A stretch of DNA of 64,000 bases from Leptogorgia sarmentosa (lineage: Eukaryota), in NCBI GenBank assembly GCA_964658305.1, contig OZ210884.1, forward strand, positions 3,968,001-4,032,000, read 5' to 3'. A model generated the notes under the pieces. That model did no database searches. It was not told the origin of the DNA and saw only the letters and a list, made by a program, of their open reading frames with translations. Positions within the stretch are counted from its first letter, which is position 1. The number at the start of each line of letters is the position of its first letter. The position numbers and the translations under genes were made by a program. Shown here piece after piece: positions 36,801-48,800 of this stretch.

Positions 36801-39800
36801 TGTATACCAACGAAGTTCATGATTGACTATAGAAGTAGGCGAAAAACGGTCAAAAACTAAAGTTCACATCCATAAAAATAAAAGGGCATCAAAACCTCGT
36901 TAGGGACGTTTTCACTTATTCATTATGTCCAAATGTTGGTTAGAAAAACCTCTAAACGATGAACACTGGTCATAGACACAGTTTTTTGCATCAAGCCAAA
37001 ATTTTCAGGTTTTCACTCATGAACAGAATTCTGTGTCCACCAAAGAAGATTCTTTTCGGTTTTCAATCGAGCGAACGACTTGGTCTAGTTGATGTTTGGT
37101 AAGTTAAGCTAAGTGTAATCACAAAAGATGCCTTAATTATGATTGCCCCATTTCAGACAACAGAACGAACATTAGGAAGTTACCAAAACTACCTAGATGT
37201 CATATTCAGCATATTGTTAATTTTTGCCCCTCCCCCCTGGCTGCCACATAGGTCACGAAATTAATACTAATCAACTCTTTGACATAATGAAATTTCTGAG
37301 CAGTTCAAACTGCTACGAACAGGCAAAAAATACATATTACCTAAAAACTTGCAAGCTTTGCAAATATATTTAAAATGTAAGAACTCTTTTCTCAATTTGG
37401 CCAGCTTGAAATATAATTCAGTAATAATACATTTTGGAAATTTGTTCAGTGGCTTGATGATGAAATAAATTTTGGAGAACGGGATTAACCGACTGACTTT
37501 GTAGCGATATAAAAACTGGCGTAAACTGTACGAGGAGTTTACTTTGTTGGTAACTATTTCGCTACGTTGAGAATACGACTTACATCGGCAGGCACTTGAT
37601 TCTGTAGTTTTGCGATAATCTCCAGTTAGTTCAGGAACAAAATCTCCCCACGATACAACTAATGCGTCATCTCTGGAATTAAGACAGCTGCCAGCAAGGT
37701 TGTAAATATCCTGTGAAGACAGGACTGTGTTCCACACTGTCATTTGGCTCATATCACCAATGAATGCTTCATAAGGATTATAAGTAAATTGTTTTTCTTC
37801 CGTGTCCCAATCCTGTTCTTGAGCAAGTACAAAATGACCTCCACCTCGGATGAAATCACCTTGAAGTAAAATTTTAATCATTTGTAAATGATAAATTATA
37901 TAGTTGAAATTGAAGACTCGTTTTGTGGTTTATTGACTAGAATACAAATAATGAATGTTTATATAAGTGCAATGAAAGAATATTTTCTTGAGGTGAAAAA
38001 TGAATCGAAATGTCCTATTCAACGAGGCGAGTTTAATGGAACATTCCATCATTCAAATCATAGAAAAATTCATTATTTGTTTCATACAATACCAAAATAG
38101 GCTAATTTGCTTTTCAGGAACTATTATAATAATTAACGGTGTAAACGTGAATAATATAATAAGCGAAAAATATAACCCTAAGTACACGGAATTGCTGGGC
38201 ACATAATTTTTCTAAAGTTTCTGAGATTTTCGACTTAATTTTTATTTTAAATTTTGTTTGGACATCTCAGTTCATTGTACTTTTTACTGGATGTTTATAT
38301 CAATGGTTTATATACTAAAACAATTAGACAACTTAAAAATATACTGTAGCGTGTCAGGTGCACGAAATATGATTTGAAGCTCGGTAAGTGAAGAGTGAAG
38401 CTATAGCACACGTGGCCAGCGTAGGTATAGCACTTCAGGATAACGAACAAGAGCAGGAAGGATAATCTACTAATTCCCGACGAAGGCCCTTCGGTCGAAA
38501 CGTCTGTTTTATCGTTTAGGCAGTGAGATTATCCTTCCTGCTCTTGTTCGTTAGAGTGAAGCTATGTATATTTTGATGATTTTCATGTCTTATATCTACT
38601 TTATCACAAATTATGCGACAAGAAAATATTACAGGATTTTTCATTTTTGGACTATTTTACGAATAATATAGTCCCTTTGCAATTGAAAACAACATCGGTC
38701 GCTCTAATTTCGCATAAAACGAGGTTTATTCGATAATTATCTTTAGCTTTTGGTAATTCTCTCGTATTCTATTGGAAAATGTGCATCAAACAACGGCAAG
38801 AACGTGCTGCATTGAATTAATTGGAATATTTAGCTTTGTCATGAAAATTTTGGCCGTTATCTTACCTTGGGCAATAGGGTCTGTGGCACGCTTTACTTCC
38901 TTACCATCGCGATAGTACACCCATCTACCATGGTCACTCTTCCACGTGATTGCCACATGATGCCAATGACCGTCATTCAAGCGGCCTCCGGTGTAGCCAG
39001 TTTGGTTGTTGATTTGAATGGCCAAATTTCCATAATCCTTTAGAACTAGACCGTTTTCCTGAACATATTGATCTCGTTTGACTGCGTACGAAATCGGTGT
39101 GCCTGCGTTCTCGTCATCGCCACTTCTCATCCAGAAGGCAACGGTGAATGCGTGAAGGTCTGTATGGAGTGCGCGTTTAGAAAATGTTCTAACTTGTGAT
39201 GTGGTAAATGACAAGTCGAAATCAGAAGAATATTCTAGAGGTAGAAAAAAAATGTATGGATTACCAGGGGCCGGTTGTATAAAACCGTAATTAGTTAAAG
39301 TTAACTGTCTTTAAAGGGGAACTCCACTGTCAAAACAATTTGGGTTCCATTTTAAAATTGACCAATCAGAAACGCGTATTTCAAAGTTAACTACTATTTA
39401 ACTAAAAAACGAGTAGTTAAGAGTTTTATACAACCGGTCCCAGGTGCATGAAGAAGCGTTTAACAGAAAAAAATACTCATGGTACCATGCAGTTAGCTAG
39501 ATACAGTGATAATTATGACACAATGAAATTTTGGAAATCCAAATTAGATAACTGCAAAATATTGTAAAATACGAAAATCAAAGCTGTGTGATCAGGGCCG
39601 TCGCTAGAACGTTAATTGGGGGGGGGGGGGGGGGGGGGGGGGTGCATATTCATATTTTGGCGTTCTGCCGACTGGTTTCTTTTGAAATCAGTTGTTTATG
39701 AATTAGTTTCTAAAGAAATGAGTCTGAATGAATATGCCCCCCCCCCAATTAACGTTCTAGCGACGGCCCTGTATGTGATTCAGTTTATTATTGGCAAGTT

Positions 39801-42800
39801 TTATATAGCTAGAATTGTATTACGTGTCGTACAAGATTACAAATTTCTAAATTTGTTAAACATTTCGGAACAAACTTTCCTATATTGCTAATATGGTGTT
39901 TTCCCTAGCAGTTGGGATTGATTTTAATAAGCATTTTGGTTTGGGGATCCCGGAATTGCTTATTTTGATCTGTCTGGTCTTTTATTTCGACTCGGCTTAT
40001 CGACAACTAAAAAAACTAGCATTGGTGCATACCTGTATTGCATTTGCCGTTGCCGCCAAAGTTCGGAGGGCATTGACATTCGAAGTATCGATCTTTTACC
40101 ACACATTTCCCTCGTCGGCATGGAGCAGTGGAGCAAGGCGTAACTTCAGTCTGGCATGTAATTCCAGCCCAACCAGCTGAGCAGTGACATATGTAGCCGC
40201 TCACTTTATCTTCGCACCTACAAAACAGTGAAATAAATGTAAAGAAATTTAAGTTGAAATTTTTAAAAAAAATAGTGATGTAGCCATGATTATGTTAATT
40301 GTATTGAAAGAAGCATTTGACGTCCTATCTATGTACCATGCATGCAAATGCTAGACAAATTAAACCATGAGAATTCTCTTTAGTTTAAAACGGTATCCAA
40401 GGGTATCTGAAATTTGTTTAAGAAATAGATAACAAGTCGTGCGCAACTATGCTGTTATAATTTGCATGAGGGGAATGTTGGGAGAATACGAGAGAATCGC
40501 GTAAAACATGAGGCATAACCGAGTGTTTTACGCGATTGCCCGAGTGCATTATAACATCACAATGGCACCCGACGAGTTTTCAATTTTCTTTTCTTTCTTC
40601 AACATCTTTGAACTTTATTACGAAGATCAAAATTTATACTGAATTCTTCTTCCATGTGATAACTCGTGGGTACATTACGCTGTTATATAATGAAAAGTTG
40701 CACAAATTGAATTATATTACCTGCTGTATTTAGACTTTTGTGCAGTAATTCTACTTTACTCATTTCAGTGTTTCATGGACAGAATGGGTAGGGGGCTTGT
40801 CATCGTCAAAACACATTTTTCAGTGTGGAATACAATTCATAAACCAAAGCTGATACTTGGGCTTGGAACTCAAATCAAATAAAAAAAAAAAAATGTATAC
40901 TACACACCTGCCATTTGGTCCACAAGGATCGCTGGCGCATTCATCAATATTAATTTCACAGTTGTCTCCTGTAAAGCCCGCGACACACTCACACCTGAAA
41001 CCATCCAGTTGGTCACGACATATCCCATTATTTTTACAGGGCTTTTTGTAGCAGTCATCTCGGTTCACCTCGCAGAATTTCCCTGTCCAACCATCCTGAC
41101 ATTTGCATTCAAATGCTCCAGCAGCTTCGATACACTGGGCGTTGTTACGGCATGGATTACTTCCAAATTGTGGAAGCGGCTCATCACAATTAACACCTCC
41201 GAATCCTGGGGGGCACAAGCACTCATACCCATTGATCTAAGTATTGAAGATTATTTGACATTAGTTTAAAGCCCATTCACTACAGCTTATAGTGCAATTT
41301 TCTATTTTTGATTGATGTGAACGAGCAAACTACACTTACTGCCCAAACGCCTAAATACTGCAGACAAAATTCAAAAATTCCAGCAAGTACAGTACTGTGC
41401 AAAAGTTATAGGCACTTCGTGAAAAAGCATTTGATGCCACTCATTACAAAATCAACACGATTTTCAAATTGAATCAGTTCGATATATCATCATTTATGTG
41501 CATTAAAAATGTAGAGTTTTCAATATAATTATGAACTTTTCATTACGATTTGTGTTAATAACCTCTGTCTAATCAATAACTATTTCTTTATTGAACCACT
41601 GGGGTCTGTTGTTCAAAAGCCGGTTAGTTTAACCCTGGGTTAACTCAAAATTGAAAGCAAATTCTCCAACAATTTGTTTTTGAATTTAGAAATGTTTTTT
41701 CAGAAATCTTGTCTAGATCATTAAGAGTTTTCTTCTTTGAAGTTTTGAAGTAAACAGATATGCAGAAATACACAAACTAAAACACTGGGTTAAATTTTAA
41801 CCCATGATTAGCCTTCAAGATGTTAGACCTGATACAAAAACAAACGTTTTCTCGCTCATAAACGGAGCGGGACGGGAAATTTTATCTCAAATATAAGTAA
41901 AGAGGGTCTAATTTTTTGAACGGGTCAAATGTATTTAAACTTTTGGGCAGTAACTGTAGGTTTGAACGTCAGATAACACATACTCGGCAGTTAGCAATCA
42001 ATGCGTTCACAACAAACAGAGCGAGAAAGTCATAGAAGAAAATCGAAGAAGGTGACACCTGTAAACGGGCCTCCAAATCTCTCAAAAGAAAGAATCAAGA
42101 ACTCTGATTTGTCTCAATAAACCAAATAAAGAACGTGTTCAATTTAGATGAGAATTTGCCTGGCGGTAGGAAAAACATCTGCTAGCTTACTCTTGGAGTA
42201 CAATAAACACAAGAACAAACATGAATTGTTTTTAATACTTGTTCCGGGTGAAGCATGTTATTGAATGTCGGCAACTCTGAGCGCAACAGTAGCTATGTAC
42301 AGTATTATGTTTTCAATAGAGCCCATTTTTGCAGTTTATTTTCGTTCCATTTAGCTTATGAAGTGATTGGGATTAGCATAATCCAGACACTGAAGCATGA
42401 GTCAAAAATGTGTTGGTCTGATCGATAGTTTAAATGTTTAAAAAACTGTTTTGAAAAACAATACTCTGTTATTAAAATTGATGAAAGTCAGGAAGTAGTC
42501 GCTTTTTTCGCTTTATAATTCTTAGTAATAATCTTCTTTAATAATCTTCTTAATAATCTTAATAATTTTAGCAATCAGTCTTTTCGTGAAATGGTAAGAA
42601 ATCAAATATTTTCATTTGCCATAGTTGGTGAAAACTGAACTGTCTCAGCAGGACAACAGTAAATGGCAGAACCTCGAAATTTTACGTCATGAAAACAAAA
42701 ATATACTACTTATACAAATTTGGCGGACACTGACTGGAAGAACATACCTTATCAACACAAAGAGCGTTTCTGTAACAAGGGTTTGAAAGACATTGACTGA

Positions 42801-45800
42801 CTTCATCATCACAGTTTTTACCACTAAATCCATCCAGACATACACATTCATAGTCGTCTTTCGCGTTGAAACAATGTCCACCATTATTGCAGGGGTTACT
42901 GGCACACATGTTAATTTCTAAAAACAGAAGATAGCTAATGCAAACTAACGTAAAACTTCGCCTTCTCTAGCTTGATTCAGACAAAATGGCTGGCTACTAA
43001 AACGATCATACCAGCTTACACAGAATGAACATCGTTCATTCTCGGTTCCAATAACCACATGGTATACATTGAGCAAGATACTTAAAAAAAATGCACACAC
43101 TATCACTATCCAGAGGCTGAAATGAAATTGGCTCTTTCGCCCATTGGTGAAATATAGTAGTTTACAAAATTGGATTAAATCGATTGGCAATTGGATCTCC
43201 TGTACCAAGAATAAAAAGGGAATGAAATGAAATTTTCAGCGGAACGGCCACAAGGACGATTTTTGGATTGGGAAATACGAATAAGAACAGCCGATTCAGG
43301 GCTATCTTTGTTATTATAGAATGCATGGTCTAATTACAGGAAAATCGCAAAAGAAGTCCGTACTAGTTAAAAGTGTTTGAACTTTCTAATAACAATAAAT
43401 ATTCATTTAGTCATTGTTCATGTTTGTTTGGATTATACTATGCATAACAATTGAATGTGGGGGACATCGGGGTTTTAGAATTCAGTGTATTTTAGCTACT
43501 TACCCAGACACTGTGCTTCACTCTTAGCCCCAGGCCCATAAGTTGATTTTTTCTCAGCGCAAGGGAGACAATTAAGTTTTCCTGCTTCCGGCTGGAAAAA
43601 TCCTTTTTTACAAGGTTTGCAGGGTTCAACGCCATTCGATGAGAACGTACCAGGGGCACATTGCACTAAAAAGAAAAAAGACGAAAGCTATGCACATACA
43701 ATTGGATTTTTAATGAAGATGTATTTCATATAATTTCACGGTTACGTATATCATCGAAACCTCGAAAGTGGCATTTCTGACGATCTTGATACGTCAAATT
43801 CTCAAACGTTTCTCGCTCGGCGATAAACCCTGGCGGCGCCTCGTTAGCTTAAACTATCTTTTGCCTTATTATGCCACTGAGCCCCTCCCCCTTTCAAATT
43901 TCGTTCCGCTTTAATAGGAACGTTAAATTTTTCGTTCTTTAATAGCCCTCTCGGCGGGGAACATAGGCTCTGCCTGTGTTTGAGAAGATATATTGTATCA
44001 ATCATGCCATTAACTATGTTACTGTTGTGTTGGAACTGAAGGTAACCAAACGTTTTATTGAATGAATGTAGAAACAACGAATGGTGTCCCTGTCTTGCGC
44101 CAGTGGCCTAGTATATTCACTTTACCCCTGTATTAAAAATTCATTAAAAATACCCTGAAGCTTCCTTTAGGCAAGGAAGCGAACTCAATGCAGATTTTTT
44201 CCCGCTATGTTAATGTTTGGCAGCAATGAAACCCCTTGTTAGAAAGCATTTTTCATAAGGATTTCACTGGTGTTTGTGGTGTTTCGGGGAGTTAAATAGA
44301 TTTCATGAAATGCGCATTCGAAGTCTATAATGTTGTAACAAAGGACGTCCGTAAGGAGTTAATGGCACTATACCAACATCAATACTATACTTACTTCCGC
44401 AATCTTCAAGCTTTGTGGCTGCAGGCAATACAGTGGTGGTTCCAGTGGGACAAATCTTACACAATTTGCTCCACGTTCTCGTGGTGTAATTACCAAGACC
44501 ACAGGGTTGGCAAGGACCTAATCCCGTCTTGGAAAAGTAGCCTGGCTTGCAAATTTCTGTTAAAAAAACAGTTAATTATTGTGACGTTGTGTCTTACTTG
44601 TTCTTTACGACTGAATTAAATCAACCATTGCGTATATTGCGTACAGTGCCTTGCAGACAGTCATTACTCCAGGTGTCGGTTGTTCAAATGCCGGTTAGTT
44701 TAACCCTGGGTTAAGCAAATTCACCGACAATGTGCTTATAAATTTGAAATGTTTCTTAAAAAATTTCGAGTAGATCGTTAAGACTTTTTTTCGTTTTAAA
44801 CAGATACGCTGAACGTCACAAACTAAAACACAGGGTTAAATTTTTAACCCTGCATGGATTAGCGTTAACCAAGCTTTGAACAATCGGCCCCTGATAGTTA
44901 TATATTGCGAGCATCTCATGGTAATGAACAAAATTTGCACGTGAATTTTTTGAACGATCTTTAATGAAGTATCCCGAGAATTCAATGGGTTACATTACCT
45001 TTACAAGATGTGAAATTCTTCTCGTCATTTCCCAAGGTGAAGAATCCAGGCTGACATTTCTTGCAACCGAATTGACCCTCTACATCCTGATAAAAGCCGT
45101 TTGCGCATAATTTACACTTGCCATCGACAACATCGAGGTATTTTCCAATTGGGCACTCGACTAAACGAAAATGTAAGATATGAGCAGTGAAGCTTTTGTT
45201 CATTAATTTTACTGTTCAATCACTGTGGGATTACAGGCTTGCCGGAAGTTATTCAGGGCACCGGTGCAATTTTTATCAGAAGGGCACAAACAAAGATAAA
45301 GACTAGGTGCTTTGAAAACCTATTTCACAAGTTAACTGAAGAAAAGATGAAGGATTTGATACGATAAACGCCGGAAATTTCAACTATACATTCAGGCACA
45401 TGGTCTTCCATATATCAAATATCTCATGTTCGGTTTTCGGTTTACGTTAGTTTAAAGGAAGTGAGACGTCTTCAGCCGACTTGAAGCAAAATCAATGCTT
45501 AAAGGACATTGGCAACGAAAATTTTTATTGCCTATTTTGAAAGTGTTACATCACCTAACGACAGATCTGGTATTAATTTTCCTCTAAACGTTTTAGTTTA
45601 TGAGTTATTAGCATTTGAATTCACCCTAAATCTGCATGTCGTCGGCCATCTTGGATAAAAATCTCAAAAAATTATATCTTGCGTAATATGACCCATTGAC
45701 GTCATAAGATGGGTTCGACGAAAACAACAGTATAGTTTTGTATGGTGTTCTGCATCGAGTTGTCTAGTTTCAATGGAAAATTTTGATGGAAAACTATTTC

Positions 45801-48800
45801 AGTGGAAAACATTCACGAGAATCGAGTTGCGGGGGTACTACACCACCTATTTCAGCCAAAAGCACGAGGGAATCAAAGCAATACTAGCCATGAAATAGAT
45901 TCAGATCAAAGCAGCGATCTGACTTTGATGAGGAAGTCGTGTACAATAGCTGCGCTAACAACTTAACTATAGTGTCCTATAGCTATTATTTCCTAGGACC
46001 AGACTTGCCTTGATCATATTTCCTCAACTCTGCTGGTTACTAGCGATGAAAAATATTCAGATCATCATAAAAGAAGCGATCTGTCTTTGTCTGATAAGGA
46101 AGTCGCGTACAATAGCAACGCGCACTGAGGACTAAACCCGCGCTAAGGACTTCATTCCCTAAGATCAGAGCATCAGACTTGGCTTAGTTTTATTGATAAT
46201 GTTTCCTCAACTTTGCTGGTCCGTAAAACAGGCGCGACATATATCACATCAATACGGGTATATCTTTTGCAAACCGGCTGTAAATCAGATGCACTCGTGT
46301 GATATGCAGCAGCGCAGTTAGTGCATATCAGCATATGAACCCAAGCCGGTGATACAAACAAGCATTTTCGGCGCAAACTCTAATTTTACTCGCATGACTA
46401 TCAGTAGAATTCGCCTGTATCATACAGTAAGTTATAGTATAGAGTTTCTTACAGACAATAACGAGTTATTTCTACAAAGACTACAATACAATATATAACA
46501 TGTGTTGATGCGTGCGTGTTGTAAAATGAGTCTTGTCTGAGGAGTATATAAGTTGTCAAAGTCTTAGCTCGTTTTAACAGCGCAAACACATGCGTATGTT
46601 TCAAATAATGTCGTAGAAATATTCCCAGACACCTAATACTACGCAGCGACTTTAAATTCTTGCCTGTTTATCAGTATTTTTTCGCTAAAATGATTTTAGA
46701 ACAACATTAATGATAAAGTCATATACATCGTATAGTTGTATTTTGCGTCGAACCCATCTTATGACGTCACATCATAAATTCTACATAAATTAGCATACGC
46801 GGTTTTTTCCAAAATGGCCGACGACTGTTGAACATTTTCATCAATTTTCTCAGCAACTAAACGCGTTGGGCAGCGTAAACTAGGAAATTAAGTATTCCGT
46901 AGGAATAGTCTACCGATATAGCGAATAAAAATTTTCGTTGCCAATGTCCTTTAATGGTCTTAAAATGAGCGATAAAATGACGGATGCCATTATAAAGACA
47001 TAAGGTTTTTTTTTGTGACAAATTTGTTCCACTGCAACAACGTTCTGCACCATTTGTGCACCCGCAAAGTGGTGAAGACGAAAGGCAACGGGTGCAAGTG
47101 CACCCCCAGCAGGCCAAAAACGTCACATTATCCCCAAACGTCCACAAATGCACCTATCTATCAAATCAAGGAGCCGGTTTGTGACACCGTCGACAACAGA
47201 AATACCCATTTTAAGACTTCGCTGTTGCCGCAGGCGGAGTAATAATAACTTGTAGGAGCAACGGTTGTTTTTTTACGAATGTTAACGGCATTTGCTACTC
47301 ACTTTTCTTCTAACATGCGCACGCTCTACGTCAAAGGAATTGTTTACCTTACATGTGTAAAATAATTCTAGTTGGGACCGAGGAAGAACTGTGGAATTAT
47401 ATTTGATATGACATTGTTAAATTCTTCATGATTATGAATGCGTTTCTGTTCATTCAAGTACAAAATGGCTAGTATAGCTTCGAAGCGAAATGGAAAATCG
47501 TTCGAAAATGTGAAACCAACGAAAATGTGAAACCACTTTATCTATAATTTTTTGTGTGCGCGGTTGGATGGAAACGTTAGACAGATACAAATGAATCTTT
47601 AGCAGTCCGAATTGAACATGCGGGTTAATATATAGTATATACGCTTAGGATATTAACTTCCATGAGTAATGTACGTAACAAATGATATGAGTGTCATGCG
47701 TCAAAAGTAACACTGACACCGCCTATAAATGGTTAAACTGGATTAAATGCTTCGGGAAACCATAAAAATCTTATAGCAAACGAACGTCAAAGTCTGTTTC
47801 GTTCCTTAAGTAGTGTAGAACGTTCAATTCGATTGATTAAACGCAACTCTCAAACGTCTGCAAGAATACTTACTGCATTTCTCGATGCTTCCTGTTTCCC
47901 TGTTACACAGACATTCAGGATCCATAGGGTATTGTTGGCCGGTCTCGCAGTGGCGTCTTATATTATTGCATTTTCCAACCACGGCGCCTTTGTTTCTCAA
48001 ACAATATGGCTCGGGAGCTTGAACCACTGGACTATTAACCAAATCCATCTTCATTTCCTGCTTCCAATTAATATTATTAACATTGTTTGTCACCTCTCCA
48101 TAATATGTTCGCCTCATTTCACTCTTCAGATTTTGGAAATCTTCCTGGCTGGCCACGGCTGTGGTTGGGGTAACAGTAAAATCTGCTTGAATGCGGAACT
48201 GAAATAAAACAACTTCTTTTGAGACGGCGGCCTATTCAGAATAATATTTACAATCTCATTTTCAAAGGGCTGTGTTATTATGCCATAAACAATATACATA
48301 AAAGTATTATTCGACGGTGATTAATTCATTTCAGTGCAGTTAATTCCAAATCACAGTGTAATTTTTTCAAATCACAGGGCAATTTTCTGTTATCACAGAA
48401 TAGCCAGAACATTTTATCACCAGTTTTCAAAATTCAGATCACTTGTTTTCTAAGCAAATTGTACTGTTAGGCTTTTTTTAAACGTAGTTAACATTAACAA
48501 AAAAGATCATTTTAAAAGTATAATGATATTCCAAAATTTGATTGGACAATGTTGAAATTTGCGGATATATATGTAGCTTTGCAAAATTGCAAAATGTTGT
48601 CATATTTACATATTTCACCGCCGCTGGCGAAAAATTCCCTACTGAAAATTTTCATTCGCTGTTTTTTCGTGTCGTCAGCCCCAAATGTCAAAAATATTTT
48701 GAAAGTTGCAAGCCACAGAGAGGCAGAACAAAATTCTTCCGCGGCGAATAAAGAAACAAAAGTGAATTCTTTGTCAACATTTTTTGTCGTAGGCGGCGAA

